Shown piece after piece: positions 48,701 through 61,512 of a stretch of DNA of 64,000 bases; positions within the stretch are counted from its first letter, which is position 1; every line of letters begins with the position of its first letter. Location of the stretch: contig NC_087261.1 in NCBI RefSeq assembly GCF_037042905.1, positions 18,414,001 through 18,478,000 on the forward strand. Direction: 5' to 3'. The notes beneath the pieces were generated by a model. That model did not search any database. It was not told the DNA's origin and was given only the letters and a program-made list of their open reading frames with translations. Position numbers and translations under genes: made by a program. The DNA comes from Lytechinus pictus (lineage: Eukaryota).

Positions 48701-51700
48701 GCAAGTGGAGTTGCCGTGGCCGAGTGGTCTAAGGCGCCTGACTATACATGACAGGTCCGGGGTTCGATTCCCGGCCGCGCCACCTATGTGCAGAAATGTC
48801 CCAATACTCTATGCAGTATGTTCTTCAACAGGACTGAATCTTTCACAGAATCCTTTTCATTGTTTGCCTTTTGATTTGGAGTCCTGAGGGGACACCTGAA
48901 TCAGCTGGCAAGTATCCCGAAGCGAATATATTGTCAACTACTCTCCTCCCTCTGGAGATTCGATAATTCAAAATCTTCTCCTCTCTGGACAACCCTCATC
49001 TATGGCTTCCTGAGATGCAATGCGAAGGCTTCATCCCAACATGCCCAGGGTTTAAAGAAGGTTATGTTTTGGTGATCATCAGGACTTTTAGTAAGAATGC
49101 AGGGTGGAGAGAGTCCTGTCGGGTTTCCTCTTCGAAACCTGTGAACAGCTCAGAGTCGCCAAATATTTGAGCATCTGACATGAGTCCTTTCCACCAAGTT
49201 CAATCCACTTGAACTTACAATCCATGTCCACCATAGCCAGAAGTAATATAAAAAAATAAGTCCTTGTGCAGGCTGCAGGTGTGGGGTTGGTTCTTGGTTG
49301 CGATCCAGAGCTCTGACAACGTATGCGATATATCATTTCTGCTTAAACCAGAAGACATTGGCTGTCCAGACTTTACGCAACCCCAAATATATTTACGCTT
49401 GCACAATATTACATGTTACACTTCCGCAACCATCTTTGAGATGCTGGACATTCCATACCTAAAAAGCCTACGCAAAAAGACTAATAGAAATATGATATAT
49501 GTCTCCAGTGACCAAGTTCTCAGCGCAATTGGCAATTTTAGACCAGGTGCATGTGAAAGGGCCTGTCTAAAATGTTTTCCGTAATTAATGGGGCCACTCT
49601 CTGTAAGACCTCACCAAAGAGCTGTGGTCTTAAACTTGTGTAATTTTGGAATGCTTGCCGACCTTTAAGAGCCTGGATGACTGGCTAAAATGTTATCTTT
49701 GTGCCATGGAGAACCCAAAAACTTCCTGGCTGCAGATCTCCCGACTTTCTGTCGTTGGTGTCGGGGTTCGTCTTGCTGTCTTGCTAGTTTTCTTCTTTAA
49801 TGGAGACAATGTTTAGCATAGAGTCATCTGTAATCTTTCAATATATCCACTTGCCATTATAAATGGTTGTAGGTCATAGTATTCTTTATTTACCCCATGG
49901 TAAATACATAGTTAAAGGACAAGTCCACCCCAACAAAAGTTGATTCAAATAAAAAGAGAAAAATCCAACAGCATAACATTGAAAATTTCATCAAAATTGG
50001 ATGTAAAATAAGAAAGCTATGATATTTTAAAGTTTCCCTTGATTTCACAAAACAGTTATATTCACATTCTTGTCGGTATGCAAATGAGGAGACTGATGAC
50101 ATTACTCACTCACTATTTCTTTTGTATTTTATTAAGGGAAATATGAAATATTAAAAAAAAATTCCCTATTGTCGTGTGAAACAATGATTTATTACTCCCT
50201 GAACATGTGCAATTAACATTGTTTAATACTATATGGTTCAATCAAGTTGGTCCTTATTGTCAAATCAGTAAAAAATGAAATATTATATAATTCAAACAAT
50301 AAAAAACAAAAGGAATGGTGAGTGAGGGAAATCATCGACTGTCTCATTTGCATGTCACAGAGTTGTGCACATCACTGTTTTGTGAAAAATAAGCGAAAAT
50401 TTAAAATGTCATAACTTTCATTTTTTTAATGCGCGTGGATGGGATAGGGTCACGATTGGTCATTTTCAGGTGCCACGATCTTTTTTTTGTTTAAACAAGT
50501 GCACACCTAGTTACCAATAATGCATATAGCATTTCCATTTATTTGAAAGCAGGATAAAAGAGCATTGTACATTAAATGCCTTGCTCACGGGCATAAGTGC
50601 CGCGGCCAGGGATCGAACCCCGGACTTTCTATGTATAGCCAGGCCCCTTAGACCACTCGGCCACGGCATCTGGTATCCCGTTTAGATATGATCAAATACA
50701 TTCTGATGGGATTTTCCCGATTTGGTACGCTGTTAGGTAAAGATCTGATACGAACATCACGATCAGATACTTAATTTAGGACTACCTGGTACGTGCATGC
50801 ACGTTCGGATACGACCATTACGAAACGTTGTGGTTTGTTCCGAAATTAATGCGGACTGGGATCAAAAGTTTTCACGAATTGCGCTACAACAAGAGGCTGA
50901 CTAATATTAATAAAGTCCAAGTGGCCACACACTTCATTCTTTTCTTCACCTTACATAGAGTAAATGAATATTATGACCTACAACAATTCATAATGGCAGA
51001 AGTATAGATAGAGACAGATTTCTGTATGTTTCAAGTAGATTTTTTTCCATTTCCATCATTAACATTATAAACAAATTAATATCAAACATACCAAACATCC
51101 ATCATACAAGCAAATACAAATGAAATAGAATTACAAATGAACTACAGTGTATAGATGGATTACATAAACACTGCTTGTAGAGCTGTAGAGCGTGGATCAT
51201 TTAAGATTATACATTAAACATTGTCTCCGGTGGACAAGAAGACTAGGAACAGCAAGACAACCCAACACCAACCACAGAAAGTCAGGAGGTCAGCAGTCAG
51301 GCAGTTTTGGGATTGTCCATGGCAGAAAGAGAACATATTTTACAAGTCCTCCGGGCTCGTGAAGGTCGGGTATAGCATTCCAGAATTACACAAATTTAAC
51401 TTTACACCACAGCTCTCCGGTGAAGTCTTACAGAGGATGGCCCCATTAACTAGGAAAGAACATTTTAGACAGGCCCTTCCACCTGGTCTCAAATTGCCAG
51501 TTACTTTGAGACCTGGCCAATGGAGATATATAACGTGTATATTAGTCTTTTGCGTATGCTTTAAGTATGGAATGTCAAGAATCTCAAAGATGGTTCCGGA
51601 AGTGGAACATATTTTGGGTTCTTCTGGACAGCGAATCTCTACCGGTTCAAACAGAAATGATATATCCCTTTCGTTGTCGGAGCCCTAGATCGCAATCAAG

Positions 51701-54700
51701 AACCAACCCCACACCGATAGCCTGTATATGAACTTATTCTCAATATTACTTCTGGCTATGGTGGACATGGATTGTAAGTTCATATGGATTGATTTTGGTG
51801 GAAAGGACTCATGTCAGATGCTCAGATATTTGGTGACTCTAAGTTCCCAGGTCATTTCGAGGAGGAAACCTAATGTGACTATCTTGCTCCATGCTACCGA
51901 TGCACGTCGTGTCCGACCGCGGCCGGGTCCGGCCGCCTTGGGCCCATTGCATGCAGGCATGTCCGCATATGGGAATGATACGATGTAATATCGATGTGGC
52001 AGATATGGCAAGTTCCGAATCGGAGTCCTCGTATAAGACACAGTAGAAGTCCTGATCTATTCTAAGTTAGTTGAGCCACATGGCTGATTTGCTTGTTTGT
52101 TATGTTAAAACAGTAGTCGAGTAGGCCTACATCTTATTTAACTTTAAGGCACTTGCCGGTTTAAAACGAAACTCGAATTTCAATTTCATTTTATTTTTCC
52201 AGTACGTTTGTCCCATTGAAGACACCGTTAGAAAAAAATCGCACCGAAATAAAAAAAAAATCGCCAAAAATAAAAAACGCGTGTGATTAGCAACGCGACG
52301 CGAGTGATTACGAACGCGAGTGAATTTAATAAGCCTTTGTGCATGCAGAGGTGGTTGGTCAAATTTAGACGCCAATTCAGGATCATTCTGTAGTATGGTC
52401 CATTCATTCCGAATGAAGTGACGCGCCAGTTGAAGCGATTCTTGAGCAAACTTTTCATGGTCCGAAATAATTCGCCTGTAATGTAACATCTGACTGTATA
52501 CTATTGAGCCCTTCAAATGGTCCGGATGAAAACTATCGTATTGGAGATAGGAGAAACTGTCTGTAGGTTTATTGTACACTGTGGTAGAAAGCTTACCTTC
52601 CTCATTAATGATAGTGACATCGAGAAAGTTAATTCTTTCTTTAGATTTCTCGATAGTGAATTTGATACCAGAAAGTTCTTTATTGAAGCGACTAAAGAAA
52701 GAATCAAGTGCGAGCTCACTATGCGGCCAAATCATGAATATGTCATCAATGTATTTGATATACATAGTAGGTTTCTGTTGGAAAGAAATTGTTCTTCAAA
52801 CATGGCCATAAATATACAAGCGTATGAGGGCGCAAACTAATACTGTATATATAAATATGAAAGTCTCTTCTTAGCTTTACTCTTATAAAAGACCATAGAT
52901 ATATAAATAAATATTGCGAGAACGAAGCACGAGCATATTTTTTTTTTTTTTTTTTTTGGGGGGGGGGGATTTCATGTATTTTGATCTGAAAATCGAACAT
53001 TTTAAGCATGAATGTAATAATAGTCATTTATACAGCGTCATCCATCTAGAAATAATCTATTCTGAGGCGCATTGTTTCTTTTTATTACCGCGGCTTTAGA
53101 TCGAGCTGCCTTTCAGCAACTGGATATTCATTAGGTGAGCTGAAGATGTCACATCTCCACTTTTTTTTTGTATTTTATTATATGAAATTAGGTTTATTCA
53201 AGTTTTTCCTCCAAGAACTAGAAAAAATTGGATTGACAACTAATTAAGTGCATTAGATATTTATTGCTGCAACTTACTTCATTATAAGGGAGACATATTA
53301 TTCACACAAGTATGAATTAATGAAAAAAATATGATTTTATGTAATAACATAGGAAAACGGAAAGTGGAGATGTGACATCATCAGCCCACCTTATGAATAT
53401 TCATGACGACTGTTTTCACGAAATATTGCTAAACTTTAAACTTCAATAATTTTATTATTTGATATCCGATTTTGATGAAATTTTCGGCATTTTGCTCAGT
53501 GAATTCTACTTTACGTATTAAGATATTAATATTTTCAGTCCGGACCATCCCTTGAAATATATAAAATATTAAGATTTGTATTTTTCCTAAGATATCACGT
53601 GGTGATGATAACGATTTAATATATGACTTTGCATATCACTTATGATAAAGATACGTGAGATTGATACATTCATCTAAATTTCGCTGCATCACATTAATTC
53701 GCCTACACAACCAAGCCCAGGATTTGACCGCACCCGGCGCCTCGGTCAGTCGATGCGTAGGTAGGGTATACAGTTCACAGTTGGCTGGTATCTGCAATTC
53801 TGCATTCATGCTAACACAAATTTGTGTAAAATTATATAATGAAAATAATAACTGTGATATAGACCTTCGCCTCTTGATAGTTCGCAAGTCAAGACCCGTC
53901 AGAATATGCATGACTTGCTACAGGACCAGATAATTTCGGTCTAATGATACATGTAGGTCTAACGTTAGACTGATTTGGCTTCGCTAGTGTAGTGGCTCTC
54001 TGGCTAATGGATTGCAAATAGCTGGGTCGGATCTGTGGATATAACATATTGTATTTTTATTTTCAGACTCCAGGCTTGACTGAAAGTGAAAATTAAAATT
54101 ATATCATTGAACATTTATCGTTGCTCAACTGCCGTAGTGTCGCAACAATGTCAGACCAAGTATCTAGCTTGGTCGTGTAGAGATAATCCTGCCAGTGCAG
54201 TGCGGCCAGCAATAACACTCGCGCAGTACGCGCACTGATATGTGACCATGGAAGTTTCGGGGTGGCCAGGCCAGAAGGTCGATGTCTTCGCTCTGCTGTT
54301 TGGCTTGTGTAGATTGTGTAGGGGCAGCGAAATTTAGCAGGAGAACGGTAGCACAATGACATCAGTCTCTGCATTTATATTGATGTGCAAACTACAAGAA
54401 TCATGATTACTTTTTGTCTTACTTGTTTTTAATACATAATCATTCTGAAAACATTATTCAACATTCTTTCTTGGAGTCATTATCCATAGAAATAATAGAA
54501 TTGAACGAACGAAAAAATCAACTCTATAATCTATCAAAATTGTTCTCTGAGAGAAAAGTAGTTACAAAATCCGAGCGAAGTGGACCTTCCTAAAAGCAAT
54601 ACCGCAAAGTGTTGCTAACACTCTACGTTCCTTAGTTTAATAGTAAAAGTAATTATTTTAATTTTCAACCTACAGTATGCTAACGGTGTCCTGCCATCGG

Positions 54701-57700
54701 ACCCGTTCCGATGTACAGGTAGACTTCCAGATGACTACTTGTTGTATAGGTATGTCAGTGCAACGAATCCCCTCTCTGTCTCACCCATCGTCACCATCCC
54801 TGGTGCGATATCAACGTCGATTTTGACAACCGTAGAAAGACACCACACAGTAGCATTTGTAGGAGATACAGAGGGATATTTTCATAAGGTAGAGTACCTT
54901 GTCCCCCTCCACACACATGTGCTCACAGTCTCGACGTGCTAATACACTTGATTAGACTTTTAAAAAAAAGTTTCAGAAATGATTAGAGCATGAAAACTGG
55001 GATGGAATGTAATTCATGATTAACATGAGAATGCCAAGACAAAGTGGGGTTACTCACCTGGGTAAACAATTGATTATTTGGTAGAATACGGGTGTACATC
55101 GAACCTCCCGAAGTATATGTAAAGAGATGAAAATGTACCCGTTGTCTTCATCCATACCCAACGTGCTACTTTTTCGCCATTTAAATACACACCGCCAAAC
55201 ATATACGCACCCACACAGAGTTTGGTTGCAAAAGGGGTTAGGTCCACTTTGGATCATTCTGAGAAAACTCATATTTTTTTATTCTCACTTATTGCAATAT
55301 TCTTATGAGAAACTAAATTGTCATGATGTACTACCCTATCATTTGAGCATAAAATTGCGTATAAAAGAAATCTACCTGTCTTCATCTTTTTAATATTTTT
55401 TTCAAAAATTACCATTGCGGACCTTACCCCTTTAGCAAGCAAGCAAACTGAAATGAATCCAATCTCTTTTGAATAAAGGTGATTTTTCTTTGCCACTTTT
55501 TTCACACTTTAATATGAATTTCAAATTTTCTTTGGTATCATCAGAGCGACCAGAAATATTTAGGTTTTGAGGCAAAAAATAATATGAAAAATTGACCTAA
55601 CCCCTTTTGACAAATGAGCTCTTCAGAAGTGTTTGGGTGCAAAGGAATTAGGTCCACTCTAAGAACATACTTTTTAGTTATTCTCCCATATTGCAATATT
55701 CTTATGTGAAACAACATTTTCATGATACCTACCATGTGAACATAAAAATGGGTATAAAAGAAATCTACCTGTCTTCATATTTTTTGAAATATTATTTTTC
55801 CAAAAAAAATATTTGTGGACCTAACCCTTTTTGCAACCAAACTAAAATGGACATAACCCTTAAATAAAAAAAATTGTTTGCATTTTTTTCACTTTTTAAT
55901 GGGTTTATTTCCAATTCATCCAATTGCCAACTCGTCTACTATTAATTGGTCTACCATCAGTTCGTCCACTCACCACAAGGCCTACTTTCATTTAGTCTAA
56001 TGCCATTCCGTCTAATGACAAGTTGTCCAATAGCCATTTAGTTCATATACCATTTGGTCTGATTAAACTAAAGTGTTCATTGTGCAAAATGAAGGAAAAG
56101 GAAATGGATATTAGACCAACTGGTGATTAGACGAAGTGATGATTGGACCAACTGGTTATTGAACCAAATGGTTGTTAGACGAAATTTTGATGAACGGAAT
56201 GAAGGTAGACCATGTGGTGTGAGTGGACAAATTGGCAATTTACCGTGTTTACTAGGAGGAGGAGGAGGCTGGAATGGAATTTAATTTATCAGGAGAACAA
56301 TTTATTATGTGGACTTAAGATATATTTGTACTCGTTTCTTTATGGTTGAAACAGATTACGTATGTCAGGTTTACGGGATGAAAAATAAGCATTGTTCATG
56401 CATTTATTCGTCTGGAAAGCTTCAAATTCAGTGTTTGATATTAAATCAGCGCTGTGTCTTGTTAGATTCATTTCTAAAGAAGTTTTAACAAATCCGATTG
56501 ATATGTATCTTTATTGGGCTACTGTGTATAAAGAAGTTATGCTGCATTTTGAGCCTTTTGTCCAATTCAATATGTGATTTGAAGTGGTTTTATACCAAAA
56601 GTACTTACACGCCAAATGACGGGGGCCCTGTCTTTAGTAGAAGCTAGGATTTTTGCTAAAACAACCTTTGGTACACTCGTTAAATTTTTGCAGTAGATTT
56701 AAAAAAATGTCATCCTATGTTTATTTTCTTGTATTTCTAGAATTTTGTTTTGTAGTGCTATGTGTGTTGATTTTCTTTAATAATTTTTTACCGCTGTCTA
56801 AATTGTTACAAACAATAAAAAAGAACACCTTTTAAAAGGGGATTTCAATTGTTGTGTTTTACCAACATAGTTAAACATAGTAAACAGCTCATTCGGGTAC
56901 GTTTATGAAGATGTCTTCCTTGGAGGTGGATCTGTTCTACAAGAGATGTTTCTCGATGAATCAAAAGGGCGAATTACACTTGCTACAAGCTCAGACCGAA
57001 ACTCGACGCAGGTGAGAATTTTATTATACAAGCTTAATTTGAAATTAATCGAAATAAGAATTTAACTACTAAATAATACACATGTGAGGTGAGAGAAGTT
57101 AAATTTTGCATTATAGTGCATTTGGTAAGGATTTAACTAAATGAATGAGGAACAGCGAATGACATGATAAATTATAGCTTTGGTATTACATGAAAGTGGT
57201 AATCTCTGTTTCCTACAGCTTTGAGAAGAATTTTCTGTGATATGGAGACGGACACCGCGTGTTATCAACATGAAACAGACTTTTGTATACCATTATGAGT
57301 TGTGGAATAAGCCATTATTGTAATTCATTAAAAGAACCCCAGTACAATAATTGTTTCCCTTTTTTACAATAATGTGAAGAACCGGGTTATTACAATCAGT
57401 ATAGTCAACTGTGGACAGTACCAGACCTGTGAGGAGTGCATTGGTGAGGATGGTGGAAATGATGGAGATCCTTACTGTGGATGGTGTACTCTAGAGGCAA
57501 GGTAAGCTTGAAGTGTATTTACTTTCTTCCCCTCCCGATAATTGGCATAGGCCCAAATGATAATCATTGGACTTAGATAACTTTCATATCCCCTTTTCCC
57601 AATTATTATTCTATTATTTTTACTTTTTGAGTATCTCCCTTTTTTATGTTCTTATTTACATCGTGACTGTGCAATGAACCAAAGAACTGCATGTTATACA

Positions 57701-60700
57701 ATGAAATTTAACATTAAAAAAAAAAAACATTTTATAGGTATAAGAAGATAGAATATTAGATACATATTGAATAGTAAGCAATATTTTATTTCAATCTTCT
57801 TTTTGCATTTTTTTGCAAAACATGCACACTCTTTGCTCTCCATTTTATTTTTTATAAGAATATTTCAAATATTTCTTTAAAATTTGATTTCCGTTTTTTT
57901 GAGAAATTGAATGAGGAGCTAAATTACGCAATGCATTAAAAAGGATACGATACTGTGTCCATCACCACCGTGTCTACCAACAATAATGGCTTTTTATTCT
58001 TGTATCAACAATCTCAATGTTCAGATTAATGTTAACAAAAATATCACTGAATTTTACCCAAAAGAGTCTAGAATGATGACAATCTTAAAATAAGTGATAA
58101 CAATTACCAACAGATTTACACGTAAATCTAAGTGGAGATTTTGCTAATAAATCGTAACATATATCCATTTGACATCAATATCTATACAAAATTTAAAGTT
58201 TAATTCAGCTAAACAATTTTTTTCAATATAAGTAACTTTTTATTTCCAAATATTGTTAGAATTAAATTTTCTTTCAAATAAAGTGACCAATTATAAACTC
58301 TTAATCCAATAAATAATTGTTAAACGTTTTAGAAAGCTTACCAGATACATGTTTACTCGGTTTTACATGTAAAACAGGATCATGGTCCTTTAATCGAAAG
58401 TAGCCAACAGTTAAATAATTTGAGCAATGTTTATCTTAAACCAAATATTTTTTTTTCATTTTAAGGTATACAACTCCAGATTAATTTCGAATAAAATATA
58501 TATATTTTTTTTCTTTAACTTAGCATGAACACACAGTATAACTAATGATCTATCGTTATTTACAATATCTCCAATAACAAGACTGTCTGAGCATACCCAA
58601 TGCTTCCACAAAAAACACTTATTCATAGAATGTTTTTCATTACCCCATGACAACTGCTGCTTAATATCTTAACCTGTATTATCAAAATAAGATTTGTCAT
58701 TTCACAATTTCCAAGCCGTTATACTTTGACGAAAAAATAATGAAAGTTGATCAATTTCAGGCATTTGACATTTAATTTTCAAAAGACATCTTAAGAACAA
58801 GTGAATTCGGTCCAAAGTAATTGAGGTGTAGTTTAGGAAGGAATTTCCATCGAATATTATCATATATGATCCTTTTTTTTTGAGTTTTTTGAGTTTTTTT
58901 AGCCAAAGAATTTTAGAGCGTTACATTATAAAACAAATCAGGCATATTTATTCTTTCTTTTTCAGTTTCACCAAAGAGTGTTTTTCTTGTTTATATTATT
59001 TCTCCCTTTCCATGTTAAGTGGAATATAATTTGTTTAACTTTTTTTATTAACATGATCAAGCATGGGAAATACAGTCGTTAAATAGGTGATGTTTTAATT
59101 TAAAAGAATTAGCGGAAAAAGAAGGATTTTAATATGGTAACTTTTTCCGAAAAGTTTAAATATTGGAATTTTCACAATATTACTTGGTTTTCTTTTTTTT
59201 CACTTTTTCAATCCAATTTTTTCGTAAGCATTAAACATATTTCTACTGAAATACACCCCTAGCGTCTTTATAAATATACTTTCCAATTAAAGTTTTTCAA
59301 AGATTATTGATAAAAGTTCAAAAACTTAAACCTTATCTCTTCGAAATATTGAACGATGGTCCAGCAACATTACATAACATTTTGACTCATTCCAGCTACA
59401 AATACTGTGATGTCATTGGCGAATATCCTGCGTCTAATCTTGACCTTAACTGAATTATTAGCATTATCCTTCAAACTAATACCTTAAACGTTATCATACT
59501 TATTCAAATCAATTGATAATTTTTTTTTTTCAACTACTGATAATAACATGGCAGAGACAATCTTTTCTCACTCATCTAGTTAGAGGGAAATAAACTTACT
59601 GCCAATTTAAATTCATGTTACAACTCTGTGCATCTGCATATTAGCTTTTATATAATTAATGATTTTTTTTTTACCAAAATTGAAATTTGCAAGGGCTCTA
59701 TAAAGAAAATTGCTATGAACTTTTAATTATCAAAGGCCTTTTTAGGTCCAAAATAAAATAGTTTTGTTTTTATGTTTCTCAAATAATTGATATGCTTCCT
59801 AATCCACTTTCATATATATCCTTTCCTCCACAAGTTGTACCCGATACGAAGAATGTCCTTCTCCCGATGAATCTACTCGGTGGCTGTCTTACAATGCCAT
59901 CCAATGTGTATCCATCTCAGATGTCCAGCCTGATCATAGACTACCATATCAAATTACACAAGAGGTTTGTGGTGTTCTCAGACAAGAAGTTTTTGGAGTA
60001 GAATGCTTTTGGGTGATCTCAAGTTCGGCCATGGCCTTAAAGTTTCCTAGTGAGGGTTATGGCACTTTTTTAACAAAGAGTTTTTTGTATAATTTAATGG
60101 AAATTTACAGTAAAAAAAGAAAAAAAATCCAGCCAGATTTTACATCGAAAATAACGTAAAACGAAGGGTTCGATTAAACCGTGAAAATACTGTTGAATCA
60201 TTAAAATACTAAAATTAACCACAAACGTTAAGGTGGGGAAAACACACGGCATGTTACCAGGGCCCCGTTGTACAAAGAGTTACGATTGATCCGATCAAAC
60301 GTAACTCTATGGAAATCCATCAGTGTCATAATTTTTTCTACAGGAAATTTGCAAAATGGCCTTTGTAATCAAAGGAGAACACTCCAAATTGTCAAGAAAT
60401 CAATGAATTTATGGATATGGATTCATATCTACAATTTTTTTTTAACAAACATGCATTTCATATGTTGACTTTGCTGGCTTTCCATAGTTGCGATTGATTG
60501 GATCAATCGTAACTCTTTGTACAACGTGGCCCAGAAATCTTGGAAACTTGTTTAGAATCTGCAGTAGAAACGTAAGCTGTGGGTCTTCTAAGCTATCCAT
60601 TGGGAACGAACTCAGTGTGCTAAATACACCTTGTTCAACTAACTTGACTAACGTCTGGGCCTACTGATCACTGGCCTTATACGTGTGTTTAATAAAACAA

Positions 60701-61512
60701 AATAATAATGATTAATGTATTGTTTTCAGTAAAAATGAATATATTTTGTTTCAATTTAGGTGCATTATATAGTCATCTTGCATGTCTAGGTTTAAGTATG
60801 AAACATTGAAAAGTCCACTCTTAAAACACAATCGGAACATATTTTTATATCGTCATCAATAGGTAAACAAGAGGTCATTCAGTTATCTAAAACAATTTGT
60901 TTTCAAAGCTTATCTTTTTTCTTTACCATTTTTACCGACTCTAGATCATCATTACTGTACAGCAGCTTCCAATCCTGAAAGACAACCACCAATACAAGTG
61001 TGCCTTCGACTCTTCCGTGGTCAGTGCTGTTACAACTTCTGATACAGTAGTGTGTACAACTCCTCCTGTGGACGAATTGCCTACAATCCCTGAGGAAGGT
61101 GAGGCAAAAACTTTTAGTCTCATCGAGGCTCTTATGGCTTTACCATTATTACATGTAAAGCTATTTGATATATCTTTAAGAACTTGAAAACCCAGTTTAT
61201 TTCCCCGGATTAATGACTGGAACTTTCATTAAACATACGTATTTTAAGCATTTGAAAATCACCCATTCTTTTGCAACTTACGAATGAGGATCCATTGGCA
61301 ATATACTGGAAGCGATTTTTTTTTTCAATAACCATGTCGTTGACGTCCCTTGGAAGATAATGTTGATTAGTATCGTTTGTTGTTGTTTGTTTTATTTTGT
61401 TTCAACCACCAGATGACCATAAGAATTTGATTCTTTCCATTGTTTCAACGGAGACCACAGTTTACTTCATAAGCACGGATTTAATCATGTTTGACTGCAG
61501 CCATCATAAATC
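29765..61512 (+). CDS. Plexin-like gene 2, 5' part (signal peptide-Sema-PSI-IPT), continues beyond the window
   Basis: Exons 29765-30796, 54676-54888, 56871-57011, 57380-57501, 59835-59964, 60945-61098, 61413-61512; phases are consistent and the frame stays open. Confidence 0.9.
30925..31092 (-). mobile_element. tRNA-derived SINE (same family as 48708 and 50500)
   Basis: GCCGTGGCCGAGTGG...GGTTCGATTTCC head; body shared with 50500-50670. Confidence 0.75.
33069..39586. mobile_element. Non-autonomous DNA element with a GCGAAGC-motif array, split by the giant palindrome
   Basis: TIR caggggcggatccag / ctggatccgcgcctg; 5-bp TSD AAGCA on both sides. Confidence 0.78.
34115..39547. mobile_element. 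5.4-kb foldback / MULE-like palindromic element
   Basis: Arms ~34115-36644 and ~36997-39547 are near-identical reverse complements; 9-bp TSD GGCCGGGGC. Confidence 0.9.
39897..40929. mobile_element. Kolobok-like non-autonomous element
   Basis: ttaa|aggagaaa ... tttctcct|ttaa (TTAA TSD, AGG termini). Confidence 0.6.
43681..46300. mobile_element. hAT-type non-autonomous element
   Basis: TIR cagtggcgtacct / aggtacgctagtg; 8-bp TSD CTTTGGAT. Confidence 0.8.
45191..45807. mobile_element. Nested hAT-type MITE
   Basis: cagtggcgta ... tacgccactt; 8-bp TSD AAACTAGA. Confidence 0.8.
46480..48060 (-). mobile_element. Degenerate RTE-clade LINE RT fragment
   Basis: Minus-strand KKGDL.NC.NWR, FVDFKQAFDSV, GCILS, DLDFAADIAL (FADD decayed); many frameshifts. 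Confidence 0.8.
46710..46745. mobile_element. 36-bp TIR-only hAT derivative
   Basis: cagtggcgtaactacgtgacccaaggtacgccactg flanked by cctgttac / cctgttgc. Confidence 0.8.
48708..48790 (+). mobile_element. tRNA-like SINE head
   Basis: GCCGTGGCCGAGTGGTCTAAGG...GGTTCGATTCCC; no proper anticodon or acceptor arm. Confidence 0.7.
48940..49900 (-). mobile_element. PIF/Harbinger transposase relic
   Basis: FFILLLAMVDMDCKFKWIELGG, the HARBI1-like F.I.LLA.VD..YKF.W.D.G motif; disrupted. Confidence 0.75.
50500..50670 (-). mobile_element. tRNA-derived SINE
   Basis: A and B boxes plus the body shared with 30925-31092. Confidence 0.75.
50950..51870 (+). mobile_element. PIF/Harbinger transposase relic (inverted paralogue of 48940-49900)
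   Basis: FRQALPPGLKLPVTLR, FSILLLAMVDMDCKFIWIDFGG; disrupted. Confidence 0.78.
52350..52845 (-). mobile_element. Penelope-like element RT fragment
   Basis: APSYACIFM, YIDDIFMIW, IKFTIE, INFLDVTI, VYNKPTD..YL.Y.SFHP. Confidence 0.88.
54676..54888 (+). CDS. Plexin-like 2 exon, Sema domain
   Basis: ...HHTVAFVGDTEGYFHK matches the plexin/Met TVAF.GT..G.LKK motif. Confidence 0.88.
55219..55843. repeat. MITE-like element with TIRs and an internal direct duplication
   Basis: agtttggttgcaaaaggggttaggtccac / gtggacctaaccctttttgcaaccaaact; gtataaaagaaatctacctgtcttcat repeated ~390 bp apart. Confidence 0.65.
55900..56245. repeat. MITE-like repeat with ~15-bp subrepeats in opposite orientations
   Basis: Recurrent gtcta/gtcca units on the left, tagac/ggac units on the right. 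Confidence 0.55.
56871..57011 (+). CDS. Plexin-like 2 exon, last Sema blade
   Basis: LNIVNSSFGYVYEDVFLGGGSVLQEMFLDESKGRITLATSS; phase 0/0. Confidence 0.8.
57380..57501 (+). CDS. Plexin-like 2 exon, PSI domain 1
   Basis: NCGQYQTCEECIG...DPYCGWCTLEA; exact acceptor uncertain. Confidence 0.88.
59835..59964 (+). CDS. Plexin-like 2 exon, PSI1 end and IPT1 start
   Basis: SCTRYEECPSPDESTRWLSYNAIQCVSISDVQP. Confidence 0.87.
60261..60531. mobile_element. Harbinger-type MITE
   Basis: ~35-bp TIR ggccccgttgtacaaagagttacgattgatcc; 3-bp TSD CAG. Confidence 0.85.
60945..61098 (+). CDS. Plexin-like 2 exon, IPT1
   Basis: IIITVQQLPIL...YKCAF...VVCTTPP..ELPTIP, a typical plexin TIG. Confidence 0.88.
61413..61512 (+). 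CDS. Plexin-like 2 exon, IPT1 end and PSI2 start
   Basis: DHKNLILSIVSTETTVYFISTDLIMFDCSHHKS resembles L.....T...F.FYDCS...S. Confidence 0.85.
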
